DNA of 52,916 nucleotides. Origin: Myxococcota bacterium (GTDB lineage: Bacteria > Myxococcota > B64-G9). Shown one piece after another: positions 19,704 through 29,412 of this stretch. Position numbers and translations under genes: made by a program. The notes under the pieces were generated by a model that saw only the letters and a list, made by a program, of their open reading frames with translations, was not told the origin of the DNA and ran no database searches. Position 1 is the first letter of the stretch. Each line of letters opens with the position of its first letter. Where the stretch lies: NCBI GenBank assembly GCA_041560255.1, contig JBFFBT010000003.1, forward strand, positions 1 to 52,916, written 5' to 3'.

Positions 19704-20366
19704 CTAAAAATACCGGGTTTGCTGCATGAAAACGGGTAATCTGTATAGGTGCCGCTTGAAATAGTTTTGGGGTTGAGACCATTGAGACCAATCGTAGCCT
19801 TCTCCGTGATCTTTGGCGTCCCAGGTAATGTCCAGGTAGAGCTGCACCGTTTGGTTGTTGGGAAACGGATCGGTGGGCTGCAAAAAGGGAGAAAAGGCGA
19901 CATAGTGCGCCCGGTAGATCCCTCCGGGTTGGTTCGGCTCCCCCCATACGTTGATCGGCAAGGAATCATCCAATAAAGGACCAGACGATATCTCCGAGGA
20001 CTTGTAGGCCGCCACCGCCAACAGGTCGGTGACCAGATAGTTTTCGCCCGAGGCGGGTTTGGGAGAGGTAGCGAGATATACCATGTTTTTGCCCAATGCA
20101 TCTCCCAGCGAGTTTGGGCCGATTCTGTTGAGGTTGACCCATTGAGACGAGCGAACCCGTAAATCCTCTACGATTCCCAGACCCACCCATGACGCCTCCG
20201 ACAGCTCCCACGAATACCGGTGCCCGCGGATCGAAGCAACCTGGAGATGAACCACTGCAAACAAACCCACCGACATGATCACCATGGCCATCATCAGCTC
20301 GATGAGAGTAAAACCCCGCTGAGCGTCTCTAGATATCCGCATAGCATTGGCCGGTTCACTTTTCAT
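19704..20366 (-). CDS. pilV: Minor pilin PilV
   Basis: QRG|FTLIELMMAMVIMSVGLFAVVHLQ; AAGGAG RBS before ATG 20366. Confidence 0.82.
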   Translation of the reverse strand: MKSEPANAMRISRDAQRGFTLIELMMAMVIMSVGLFAVVHLQVASIRGHRYSWELSEASWVGLGIVEDLRVRSSQWVNLNRIGPNSLGDALGKNMVYLATSPKPASGENYLVTDLLAVAAYKSSEISSGPLLDDSLPINVWGEPNQPGGIYRAHYVAFSPFLQPTDPFPNNQTVQLYLDITWDAKDHGEGYDWSQWSQPQNYFKRHLYRLPVFMQQTRYF

Positions 20367-20397
20367 TCCAACCACTCCTTTGAGCTGGCTACCCTCG

Positions 20398-21042
20398 TCA
20401 CTCACAAATCTGATAACCAGCCGATCCATCGGACCCGAACCGGGTATACATGATGCTTTGTTCTTTGGGCTTGCCGGCTGCGTCCATAATCACAACCTCG
20501 AAATAGCGTTCATAAGGCTGATAGGGAATTCCGGTGGGCTCGAAGTAGAGTATTCCCGGATCCGGAAGACCGAATTGGGTGTTGCAAACCGGGTTGAGTC
20601 CTTCGGGCGGGGCCAACACACGCCTGAAGACCACGTCTTTTCCCACCAGTCCGGCTTGGCCGGCGCCTCCCGGATCTTTTGATGTATCCAAAGCCTTGAA
20701 GCTGATCTGATCCCAAAGGCCGGTGCGAATGGCATGCGAGCAATTGAACTGCAAACCTTGGATCCACCTGGCTTCGTATATCCCTACCGCGCCGCCGTTG
20801 ACCGATACTTCTCCGTCTTGAAACACCCTCACCATATGGCACCGGTTGGTTCTTACCGCCCGGCTTCTGGCCGTCCACACCCCTTGGACAATCATCATAC
20901 CCGCTTCTCTCTGGCGGTTTTTCTGCAGAGTGCTTGAAAAACTCGGAACAATGGCGGCCGAAATCACCGATACGATAACCAACACCACCATGAGCTCGAC
21001 AAGAGTAAAACCCTTTGATCGGACGATTGAATTACGCAGCAT
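20398..21042 (-). CDS. fimU: Minor pilin FimU/FimT-like
   Basis: KG|FTLVELMVVLVIVSVISAAIVPSF, ARSRAV, LYFEPTG. Confidence 0.8.
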   Translation of the reverse strand: MLRNSIVRSKGFTLVELMVVLVIVSVISAAIVPSFSSTLQKNRQREAGMMIVQGVWTARSRAVRTNRCHMVRVFQDGEVSVNGGAVGIYEARWIQGLQFNCSHAIRTGLWDQISFKALDTSKDPGGAGQAGLVGKDVVFRRVLAPPEGLNPVCNTQFGLPDPGILYFEPTGIPYQPYERYFEVVIMDAAGKPKEQSIMYTRFGSDGSAGYQICE

Positions 21043-21088
21043 GGTCCCGATTCCTCCAAGCCTTTGCCTTCAGCATCCATCATGATGA

Positions 21089-21105
21089 TGCAATTTGCAT
21101 ACCAA
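21089..21105 (-). promoter_or_regulatory. sigma54 (-24/-12) promoter of the fimU-pilVWX-pilY1 operon
   Basis: Minus strand TTGGTATGCAAATTGCA (GG-N10-GC), about 47 bp upstream of the fimU ATG and directly downstream of a sigma54 activator gene. Confidence 0.75.
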
Positions 21106-21180
21106 CACACAAATGAAGCTAAGGCTTTATTATAAAAAGAAAATTACTTACAGGCTCAATTCCAGCCGTAACAACCTACC

Positions 21181-21216
21181 TGTGAAAACCTTGCGTAGAT
21201 CGGCAACTTTTACACA
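21181..21216. promoter_or_regulatory. Imperfect inverted repeat; candidate enhancer (UAS) for a sigma54 activator
   Basis: TGTGAAAACCTTGC...GCAACTTTTACACA, 75-110 bp upstream of the -24 element with an A/T tract in between. Confidence 0.45.
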
Positions 21217-21259
21217 GCCGGGCCCAGAAAAATCAGGTTGGTTCACGATATCGATCGCA

Positions 21260-22672
21260 TCATGAATCCTTGCGCCTGCTCCTGAAATCATTCGCATCGA
21301 TTCGATAATCTTTCAGTTTGTACAACAATGTGCGGTGGCTGATTTCCAAAAGTCGGGCGGCGCGGGTTCGATTTCCGGCCGTTTCGGTCAGAGCGCGTTT
21401 TATGAGCTCCTCTTCCACGGCTTCGACGGTTTTTTTTATGGAAAACTGTCCCTCGGGCAACTGAGCAAAATGAGGGGCCGGCATCTCGGCTACCTTGTCG
21501 GTCAGCTGTTCGGGAGTGATGAGATCGCCATCGCACAAAATGACCGCCCTTTCGACCATGTTTTCCAGCTCACGCACATTGCCGGGCCAGGCATAATCCA
21601 CCAACAACCGCATCGCCTCGGGATCCACACCCTTGACGGAGGTTCCGAGCCGGGTGTTGCATTTTTGAAGAAAGTGCTCCACCAAAAGAGGCACATCCCC
21701 GGGTCGCTCTCTCAACGGGGGTATTTTGACCGTCAGCACATTCAAGCGGTAGAAAAGATCTTCCCGGAAGGCGCCATGCTTGACTTCTTCGGACAGATCC
21801 CGAATCGTAGCCGCCAAGATGCGCACATCTACTTTCCTCGGTCGATTCTCACCAACCCTGCGAATTTCATCCTCTTGCAGCACGCGAAGCAGCTTGACCT
21901 GAAGCCCGATGGGCAACTCACCGATTTCATCCAAAAACAAAGTGCCCGTATCGGCCTCCTCGAACAGCCCCTCTTTGTTGCGCACCGCATCGGTAAAAGC
22001 CCCCCTGACGTAGCCGAACAACTCGCTTTCCAAAAGATTTTCCGGGATGGCTCCGCAGTTGACCGCCACGAAAGGGCGATCTTTCCTGGGGCTGCGGTTA
22101 TGCAATGCTCTGGCCAAAAGCTCCTTGCCGGTGCCGCTCTCTCCCCCGATGAGCACGGTGGATTTGAATTCGGCGATCTTGTCGATGGTCTTGAACATGG
22201 ATTGCATGGCCGCGGATTTGCCGATGATGTTTTCGTAGGTGACTTCCTTGCTGATCTCCTGCTTCAGTCTCAGGTTTTCCTGCCGGAGCCGTCGGCGTTG
22301 CTCGGCAATGCTGATTCGAAGCAAGACCTCCTCGTTTTTATAGGGTTTGGAAAGATAATCCGCCGCACCCTTCCGTACCGCCTCCTGCGCAAGCTCGATA
22401 TCTCCGTAGGCAGACATCATGATGACTTCCGAATCCGCCTTATGGCCGCCGATCTGCTCCAAAAACTGCATTCCGCTCATGCCCGGCATGCGTATGTCGC
22501 ACAACACAATATCGACAGGTTTTTCCCGGTAGATCGTCAAAGCTTTTTCGGCATCTGCGGCCGTCTCGGCGGCAAAACCCTTGAGATTGAACAAGGAGGA
22601 AAGCTGGTAGCGCACGTTTTCCTCATCATCCACCACCAAAATGCGTGTTCGCGCCTGCATACTCATCCCCAT
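21260..22672 (-). CDS. sigma54-dependent NtrC-family response regulator (PilR2-like)
   Basis: REC (VVDDE, CDIRMPG, KP), [38 protein letters not shown]-terminal Fis-type HTH. Confidence 0.95.
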   Translation of the reverse strand: MGMSMQARTRILVVDDEENVRYQLSSLFNLKGFAAETAADAEKALTIYREKPVDIVLCDIRMPGMSGMQFLEQIGGHKADSEVIMMSAYGDIELAQEAVRKGAADYLSKPYKNEEVLLRISIAEQRRRLRQENLRLKQEISKEVTYENIIGKSAAMQSMFKTIDKIAEFKSTVLIGGESGTGKELLARALHNRSPRKDRPFVAVNCGAIPENLLESELFGYVRGAFTDAVRNKEGLFEEADTGTLFLDEIGELPIGLQVKLLRVLQEDEIRRVGENRPRKVDVRILAATIRDLSEEVKHGAFREDLFYRLNVLTVKIPPLRERPGDVPLLVEHFLQKCNTRLGTSVKGVDPEAMRLLVDYAWPGNVRELENMVERAVILCDGDLITPEQLTDKVAEMPAPHFAQLPEGQFSIKKTVEAVEEELIKRALTETAGNRTRAARLLEISHRTLLYKLKDYRIDANDFRSRRKDS

Positions 22673-22781
22673 CAGGGAAGTTCGTACAATATGCCCACAA
22701 TCCCAGCTATCGACTCTATCGACCGTTCATTCTACCCTGACAGGTGGTAAAGTCAAAAGAACGTTTGATCCCGGGAGCGAA

Positions 22782-24446
22782 TCATGACGGATTTTCGGTG
22801 TGGATCGACGCATCCGACAAGGTTTCTTTTGGTGTAGGCTCACCGGCGGCGGCCACCGGAAGGTAGAATGAAAACTGGGTTCCTTCGCCGGGTTTGCTCC
22901 AAACCCAGATCTCTCCACCCATGGCCGTCACCCCTGCATGACAAATCGCCAGCCCCAAACCGGTGCCTTTTCCCGGATCCTTGGTGGTGAAAAACGGATC
23001 GAACAACCGTGAAAGATTACCGGGCTGGATGCCTTGTCCATCGTCCGAAATGGAAAACACCACGACTTCTCGATTGGCTTTCAGGCCTCTTCCTCCGTGC
23101 GGCGGGCGAATGATGTGCAACTTCCCCTGCTGAAAAAAGTTGGGTTCGCCCTGACAACCCGGCCATATGATGTTGCGGTCTGCATCCATGGCCATCGCGG
23201 TGGCCCGCACCCAGATATGTCCTCCTTCTTGTAACGCATCCAGGGCGTTGAGCATGAGGTTGACCAACACCTGCCGAATAATTTCCGGATCGGCTCGGAC
23301 TTTCGGCAAATCCAAAGAGACCATCAATTGAAAACCCACTTGCTTGTATTTCTTTTGCGGCCGAATCAACACCATGGCGTCCTCCAGCAACTCGTCCGGG
23401 GCCACGGATTTCACCAATCCTCTACCCGGCCGCGAGTAAGCCAACAAGTCTTTGATGATCTTGTCGATGCGTTCCACCTCTTTTTCGACCCGCATCAGCA
23501 TGTCTCTGCGCTGTTTGGCGGGTATCTTTTCGGTGCGCATCATGCCCACATAACCCAAGATGGCGGATATGGGATTGCCCACCTCGTGAGCCAACCCGGC
23601 CGCCAACCTGCCTACCGAGGCAAGCTTTTCGGTCCGGATGAGTCCCTGTTGCGCCTGGTTGAGCTCTCGGTTCAGGCGGGTGAGCTCTTTGATCTGTTTT
23701 TTCAATTTGCTCTGATCTTCTTCGATCCTTTGCGCCATGCGGGAGAAAGACCAACCCAATCTTCCGAACTCGCTGCCTCCATCGGCGGCAGTGAGAAAAT
23801 CCAGATCTCCTTCCGATATTCTGTACGCGGTTTGAAGCAGCTTCTCTACGGGTTTTGCAACCATCCTGACCAACAACAACCAGCCCAAGAGGCCTATGAC
23901 TCCCATGACCAAAAACATATACAACACCAGGGATCGATTGTTGCGTTCGATCAAGCCATCAACCCTCTTCAGGGGAAACAAACCACCCATACGCCATGAC
24001 GGTTCTTCCAGATCCACATGTGCGACCAACAAGCGCCGTCCGTGTCTTTCGACCACTTGCCAATCGCGTTCGCCCGAAGTAATCGGATCACCGGTTCCAA
24101 ATGCATCCCATAAATCGGCTGAAATCTGTTTGGGATCCGTGCTGGCAACCAAGATGCCCCGGGCATCCAGGATCCAGATGGCTATCCATCCTTCAACTTG
24201 TCCGGGGTTTTCCTTACGCAGATCCGACAAATTCGAGCACCTGTGTCTCGACACCATCCAAGGACACACCCTGCGAAGATGTCGAGAGCTGTACTCGAGC
24301 AAGGACTTGGCCAAAACCGCCTGTTGCTCCAACAACCCATGCCGCAACAACCTGGCGGCCGCATACCCCAGCAGCACTCCGGTCATTCCGAGTAAAACTA
24401 CAAGATGCAAGGCGATGAGCAACTTCAAACCGATTCCACGACCCAT
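22782..24446 (-). CDS. Membrane sensor histidine kinase (PilS2-like; 2 TM, HAMP)
   Basis: EKLASVGRLAAGLAHEVGNP, QVLVNLMLNA, DDGQG, FDPFFTTK, GTGLGL; about 45 aa insertion in the ATPase domain. Confidence 0.93.
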   Translation of the reverse strand: MGRGIGLKLLIALHLVVLLGMTGVLLGYAAARLLRHGLLEQQAVLAKSLLEYSSRHLRRVCPWMVSRHRCSNLSDLRKENPGQVEGWIAIWILDARGILVASTDPKQISADLWDAFGTGDPITSGERDWQVVERHGRRLLVAHVDLEEPSWRMGGLFPLKRVDGLIERNNRSLVLYMFLVMGVIGLLGWLLLVRMVAKPVEKLLQTAYRISEGDLDFLTAADGGSEFGRLGWSFSRMAQRIEEDQSKLKKQIKELTRLNRELNQAQQGLIRTEKLASVGRLAAGLAHEVGNPISAILGYVGMMRTEKIPAKQRRDMLMRVEKEVERIDKIIKDLLAYSRPGRGLVKSVAPDELLEDAMVLIRPQKKYKQVGFQLMVSLDLPKVRADPEIIRQVLVNLMLNALDALQEGGHIWVRATAMAMDADRNIIWPGCQGEPNFFQQGKLHIIRPPHGGRGLKANREVVVFSISDDGQGIQPGNLSRLFDPFFTTKDPGKGTGLGLAICHAGVTAMGGEIWVWSKPGEGTQFSFYLPVAAAGEPTPKETLSDASIHTENPS

Positions 24447-24473
24447 GTGACCTTCTTTCGCGCCTCACCACAT

Positions 24474-25325
24474 TCAAAAACCCGGAACCGGCGGCCCAAT
24501 AAGATCCAAAAACCATCCGCCCAAAAAGAGATATTCCACCGCGGACGCCGCCAAAAAAGGTCCGAAAGGAATGGCGGCCGTCATGAAAGAAGACGGCCCA
24601 GGCCGCAACGCTTCCTCGGTGGGGTCTTCCTCCGGAGGCGCTTTCAACCCTACACCCAAAAGCCAAAGCAACACCGCCGCCAACACACCTTGCACCGAAG
24701 CAAACAAAAACACAAACGGCAGGCTCTGCCACCCCAACCAAGCACCCAGCATGGCCAAGAGTTTCACATCCCCCATGCCCATGCCTTCCCGGCCTCGGAT
24801 CAACATGTATGCGATAGAGACCGCCAACAAACCTCCTCCACCCAGCAACAACCCGATCAAAGAATCCACCCACATGCCCGGCCAGAGAAAAGAACAACCA
24901 AATCCGATCACGATTCCGGGCAGGCTGATTTGATTCGGGATGATGCGATGATCGATATCGATGAAGGCAATGGCGATAAGCGCCGCACTAAAGCAAAAAT
25001 GCACCCCAAACTCCAAAACCAGCCCAACGCTTCCAAACCTCCACCACAACCCGGCGGCCAAACCGGCCGTCAGAAGCTCGATCAAAGGATACCGAATCGA
25101 AATCGAGCCGCCACAATGCCGGCAACGCCCCTTGAGCCACAAGAAACTCATCATCGGGATGTTGTCGAACCAAGCGATGCGTCGCTGGCAACCCGGACAG
25201 GCGGATCTCGGCCGCACGATCGATCGACCCTGGGGTAGACGGATGATGACGACATTGAGAAAACTGCCCACCACCGCGCCGGTCAGAAACCAAAATATAT
25301 ACAATACCATCGACATTGTATCCAT
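24474..25325 (-). CDS. pilD: Prepilin peptidase/N-methyltransferase
   Basis: GSFLNVVI.RLP, CPGC/CRHC, FIDIDH, GMGMGDVKL, IPFGPFLA. Confidence 0.97.
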   Translation of the reverse strand: MDTMSMVLYIFWFLTGAVVGSFLNVVIIRLPQGRSIVRPRSACPGCQRRIAWFDNIPMMSFLWLKGRCRHCGGSISIRYPLIELLTAGLAAGLWWRFGSVGLVLEFGVHFCFSAALIAIAFIDIDHRIIPNQISLPGIVIGFGCSFLWPGMWVDSLIGLLLGGGGLLAVSIAYMLIRGREGMGMGDVKLLAMLGAWLGWQSLPFVFLFASVQGVLAAVLLWLLGVGLKAPPEEDPTEEALRPGPSSFMTAAIPFGPFLAASAVEYLFLGGWFLDLIGPPVPGF

Positions 25326-25350
25326 ATATCAACCTCGCTTGCCCCTATCA

Positions 25351-27678
25351 TCATAACACAAACCGTCGCACTGAAAGCGTTGCATCCCCACCCCAAAAGC
25401 TCTTCATCCAATCCGGACGCACCACCGGTGGTTTGAGCCCGACCTCCGGCAATCCATAGGTCAGATCCGCAAACCAAAGAGTTACCGGGAGCATACCCTC
25501 GACAATAAGCTCCAACCGCAACCCGGCTTGAAGCCCGGCATAACACCCGATGCCGCGCCAACCTCTGAATATCTCTTCAAGCGAAAGCGATCGGTCTTCG
25601 AGCATCGCACCCGCGATCTTTTCATCTTTGGACCAAGCAACCAATCCGGCATCGGCCTGCCGGCCGGAGGTGAGCAACAACCGTAGGACCCTTTGATTTT
25701 CCTGAGGTTTCTTGATCTCCTCGATCACCTCGATCTCGGGGACCGGCAAATCGATGATCTGGGCCGAAGTCCGGTATCCGTCCAATATGGGATGAAAGGT
25801 CGGAAAGATGGGTTTTCTTTCTCGATCAAATTCCGCCCGCTCGGAAAAAACACCCGGCAATGCCTCTCCAAAAGTCTGTACCCACCATCCGGCCTCAATA
25901 TTCCCGTCTTCGCCGCCCTGCTGCCGGTAGACGATATTGACGTGTTGCGGACTCTCAGGGCTATACACCGGAGTAAACCACCCCCAAACAAACGCCGCCG
26001 ACCCCACGACCAACGCCGTGCCCGGGACTATCCATCTACGGAACCGAGAAGCCTCACCCAAAAACGGCAAGAATAATGTCATAAAAATGGAAGCCGACAA
26101 CAACATGGGGGAAAAGATCCCCAATCCCATGGCGGTGTACAAAGTCCAAATCATGGGCACAAAGAGAGCTCCCGCCACAAGCAAGGGCAGGCATGCCAAC
26201 CCCGTCCACCATCGATGCCCTCCCGTGGATACAAAACTCCGACCAAAAAGCCCCACCAGAGTAAAAACGCCCGGGACCACAAAGATATAACTCGCTTTCT
26301 CCATCACCAATGATACGACCGACCCAAATATCAACCACCAACCGAAAGTCCCGGTCCAAAATTCCCAAAAATTCGCTCTCGAGCAGTACAACCCCGCCAC
26401 CAAACCGATCGCCAGCATTCCCGTAGCAAGGCCGCAGAGTATGCCTGCAACCGGTTGATCGGGAAAAGGCAGGGTCGAGGGAACCATACCGACCAGGCCC
26501 GCCGTCCACATGACCCCGATCACCAGCAATCCGGATCCCAAAAGAGCTGTGATCCAAGCCAAGCCGCCCCAAAGCAGACCCGCCCACCCGATAACCGACC
26601 GCCGGTAGAGCAACCAGACGCCCATGATCCAAAACAGGTTCACAAGTCCCGCAATCCAAGGAGTCCATCCTTCAGGCCAAACAACCACAAACAGGCTCAT
26701 GACATCAAAAAACACCGCTTCTTCGGCCGGCTTCTCGAATTGGTCATCGACCAAGACACCGCGTAAGACCGCCAGGCAATTGTCGCCCTGGTGTTGTATC
26801 GAGCCCAAGCTCAAGCGGGCTCTATCATCGTTGGGCGTGTGGTAATCCATCACTCCGTCAAGAAAGGCGAAATTGACTCCGGGGATCGCTCTGCGTTTGA
26901 AAACGCTCAAATCCGTATCGTTCGGCATCAGCTCGTAAATCGCCTGGGCCACCGAGTTGGTAAACGGCCGGCCGGCATGCCTGCTGAAACCATCGATGAC
27001 AGGCTTCGTAGGTCCGCTGATTTCGAACAAAAAGCTAGGTCCCCGGGTTCCGCGGGCTTCGAGGTTGATGATAAAATCCACATCCCGCATCCAGGCGTGC
27101 TCGCTTGCAAAAGCCTCGGCGCCCAACAACCCGAGCTCTTCGGCGTCACTGAAAAGCAAAATCAAATCCTTGACATAGGGTCCGGTATCCCGATACCAGC
27201 GAGTCGCTTCGAGGGCTACGGCGACATTGATCGCATCGTCCGACGCGCCGGGTCCGGCCGGGACCGAGTCATGGTGAGCCACCAACATAACAGCCCGGCG
27301 GCCTTCGGGACCGAAGCGGGCCGCGACATTGCGCAACCGGGCGCAGGTAAAATGTCGACCACATTGAAAAGCATCCTGCATTTGGGTTGTCATGCCGAGC
27401 CGTGCGAGCTCGCCCGCCAATGCGTTTCGGATAACGACGATTTTTCGGCTGGCCGCCGGATGAGGTGCATCGGGCCCGAAAACCCGGTCATACAAATCCA
27501 TCGCCCGGACAGCCGAAAAACGATCCCGAGCCGACGTCGCAGGCTCGGGCGAGATCCCGGCAAACATCCAGACCGTCATGACAACCAGGAGCACGACCAA
27601 AGGCCCAGGCACAAGCCAAAGCAAGCCTTCCCGGCAGCGATTCATGGATCTATCCATACAAAGCTTATATGCCCGCAC
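25351..27678 (-). CDS. Multi-pass membrane M28-family metallopeptidase (ERMP1/Pff1-like architecture)
   Basis: AHHDSV, GASDD, DAEELGLLGA, NLEARG, PNDTD, YHT, followed by about 8 TM helices. Exact start uncertain. Confidence 0.9.
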   Translation of the reverse strand: MRAYKLCMDRSMNRCREGLLWLVPGPLVVLLVVMTVWMFAGISPEPATSARDRFSAVRAMDLYDRVFGPDAPHPAASRKIVVIRNALAGELARLGMTTQMQDAFQCGRHFTCARLRNVAARFGPEGRRAVMLVAHHDSVPAGPGASDDAINVAVALEATRWYRDTGPYVKDLILLFSDAEELGLLGAEAFASEHAWMRDVDFIINLEARGTRGPSFLFEISGPTKPVIDGFSRHAGRPFTNSVAQAIYELMPNDTDLSVFKRRAIPGVNFAFLDGVMDYHTPNDDRARLSLGSIQHQGDNCLAVLRGVLVDDQFEKPAEEAVFFDVMSLFVVVWPEGWTPWIAGLVNLFWIMGVWLLYRRSVIGWAGLLWGGLAWITALLGSGLLVIGVMWTAGLVGMVPSTLPFPDQPVAGILCGLATGMLAIGLVAGLYCSRANFWEFWTGTFGWWLIFGSVVSLVMEKASYIFVVPGVFTLVGLFGRSFVSTGGHRWWTGLACLPLLVAGALFVPMIWTLYTAMGLGIFSPMLLSASIFMTLFLPFLGEASRFRRWIVPGTALVVGSAAFVWGWFTPVYSPESPQHVNIVYRQQGGEDGNIEAGWWVQTFGEALPGVFSERAEFDRERKPIFPTFHPILDGYRTSAQIIDLPVPEIEVIEEIKKPQENQRVLRLLLTSGRQADAGLVAWSKDEKIAGAMLEDRSLSLEEIFRGWRGIGCYAGLQAGLRLELIVEGMLPVTLWFADLTYGLPEVGLKPPVVRPDWMKSFWGGDATLSVRRFVL

Positions 27679-27777
27679 ACCGACCCTAGGTCAAGTTCGT
27701 ATCGCCGCCCCAAACTCAGCTCCACGTCAAACCGGCCCAGGTTGATGCAAAGCATCAAAAAGACGGGCTGATACGGA

Positions 27778-27806
27778 TTGAAAAACGACTAAATCTTTAG
27801 TACTAT
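27778..27806 (+). promoter_or_regulatory. sigma70-type promoter
   Basis: TTGAAA-N17-TACTAT upstream of the GAGGAG RBS and ATG 27847. Confidence 0.55.
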
Positions 27807-27846
27807 CATATATAGACACGCGACTTGATGTTTCGAGGAGAAATTC

Positions 27847-28098
27847 ATGAAATCATTCGTCCGGCTGCTTTTGTATACAGTCATGCTTGCCTGCGCAGGC
27901 TCCTGCGCAGGACCCCACACCCAAACCAAAGGCGAAGAAGTCTCTGCCGATGAGATCGTATGTTACAAAATCAAGCATACCGGCTCGCATATCCCCAAAA
28001 CCGAATGCATCAAAACCAAAGACATCCCCAAGAGACATTACCTGGACGCGCAAATCCAAATGGAAAGAACCCAAAGACGGGCCGCCGGCAGGCAATGA
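27847..28098 (+). CDS. Small lipoprotein with a C-x5-TGSHI-x4-C motif
   Basis: Promoter and RBS present; signal peptide with lipobox (LAC / AGSC); VCYKIKHTGSHIPKTEC. Confidence 0.75.
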   Translation: MKSFVRLLLYTVMLACAGSCAGPHTQTKGEEVSADEIVCYKIKHTGSHIPKTECIKTKDIPKRHYLDAQIQMERTQRRAAGRQ

Positions 28099-28209
28099 TC
28101 CCCGGGCTATCTGAACCCCCCGAGCTTCGAGCCGCGCGATTACGCTGAAGGCTTTGATTTTGAAAAAGGCGGTCAGTTGCCCGATGGTGAATCTAGAATG
28201 TGAAATCCA

Positions 28210-28581
28210 TCAACACTTCACCTTACCCTGTATGCATTCACAACGATATGGGTTGTAACAGGTTTTCCCACCGCATAAACGGTCACCATTGCTACACACA
28301 ATGCTTTTTTTAGAATTTGCGCAATAGGCATAGATGGGATTGTAGCATGCTTTTGTACCACAGGGCCGCATGTCGTTCGCACATATCAAGCAACTACTTG
28401 GATTTGCGCAATAGGCATAGATGGGATTGTACAAGGCATTTGGGCAATTGCCACATTGCCTCAACTCTCTAGCGCCGAATTCAGATGATGTTCTATGGCT
28501 CTTTGCATATGCGTTTACCAAAATGATAGTAATTGCCATTACGGATACCGACAATAAACACACTTTAACTCTCTTCAACAT
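28210..28581 (-). CDS. Secreted Cys-rich repeat protein, CBM52 (fungal Eng1-type glucan-binding)-like
   Basis: Signal peptide followed by three CG..(C)YNP...C repeats; AT-richer DNA; AAGGGG RBS. Confidence 0.7.
   Translation of the reverse strand: MLKRVKVCLLSVSVMAITIILVNAYAKSHRTSSEFGARELRQCGNCPNALYNPIYAYCANPSSCLICANDMRPCGTKACYNPIYAYCANSKKSIVCSNGDRLCGGKTCYNPYRCECIQGKVKC
28315..28431. repeat. Perfect 30-bp direct repeat inside the Cys-rich gene (87-bp period)
   Basis: ATTTGCGCAATAGGCATAGATGGGATTGTA at 28315-28344 and 28402-28431 (encodes YNPIYAYCAN twice). Confidence 0.95.
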
Positions 28582-28827
28582 TGAAACCCCCTTTTATGAT
28601 TTGTTATGAGACCAACGAAACCTACATTCTTTGGTTTATCCTGTCAACTGGAAAACAATCTGCGATATCTTCTTTTGACCTGTGTTGGTACTGCAGTGCG
28701 ATAGTGAGAGCTTGGCAGAAAATGTGTCTTGTGTGGTTCTCTTTTTACATTAAAAAGTAAAAGCTCACCAGGATCGATTGCCGAGGATCATGAGTTTGCG
28801 GCGCAGCTATGCAGGCTATCCACTTTA

Positions 28828-28843
28828 TGGCATGAATATTGCC
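28828..28843 (+). promoter_or_regulatory. sigma54 (-24/-12) promoter candidate
   Basis: TGGCATGAATATTGCC (GG-N10-GC); near-palindrome CTTTTTA-cat-TAAAAAG at 28741-28757 upstream. Confidence 0.55.
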
Positions 28844-28885
28844 TGAATCAAGCTGTTGTATGGATGTAGGTTTTATCTCGTTTGC

Positions 28886-29305
28886 ATGAACGAATTGGAG
28901 CAACCGGCTCATTATACCGACTGGACTCCCATCAATCCTCGAGGATTATCGAGCACGTCCGACTTGGAGCCGCTCACTCCCTTCGATCAAGTTCGGGTCC
29001 TGGTGGTCATGGATCAAAACAAGGCAAAAGAAGGTTTGTGCCCCGCAAGCTTGAAGCTTTTTCGGACCGACGACAGCCAACTACTTATAAGTTGTAGAAA
29101 CGATGCAAGACGGCACTGTCTCGTCATTGTGCCTCATTCCAAATCCAAATCGGATCCAGAAACGTCACGCCATGTTTCGTGGGACCCTCCATTCGACACA
29201 ATATTCCGAAGATCGGTTGCTGAAAATAGGATGCGAAAAGATCGATATTCAGCCATTCCGTCGAGGCGATGGATGCGTAAACAGCGTTTTCTTTTGCAAA
29301 CGTAA
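28886..29305 (+). CDS. Hypothetical protein
   Basis: 139-codon ORF downstream of the sigma54 motif; no recognisable domain, weak RBS. Confidence 0.35.
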   Translation: MNELEQPAHYTDWTPINPRGLSSTSDLEPLTPFDQVRVLVVMDQNKAKEGLCPASLKLFRTDDSQLLISCRNDARRHCLVIVPHSKSKSDPETSRHVSWDPPFDTIFRRSVAENRMRKDRYSAIPSRRWMRKQRFLLQT

Positions 29306-29412
29306 ACACCACATCAAAAGTTATTCTTTTCCTGAAGAATATAAGATTGCATATCGATGTTTTGCACAAAACAGCTTCATCATGTCAATGGGTCGATTCT
29401 TAGCACTTGCAG

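Noticed and set aside
14080-21042. c-type cytochrome (TfcP-like) or heme motifs in the minor pilin cluster
   Set aside because: CxxC occurs but I found no CxxCH.
21335-22750. 471-aa plus-strand ORF
   Set aside because: Antisense shadow of the sigma54 response regulator; no motifs of its own.
28315-28431. 30-bp direct repeat as a mini CRISPR array
   Set aside because: Only two copies, in frame within a coding repeat, and no cas genes.
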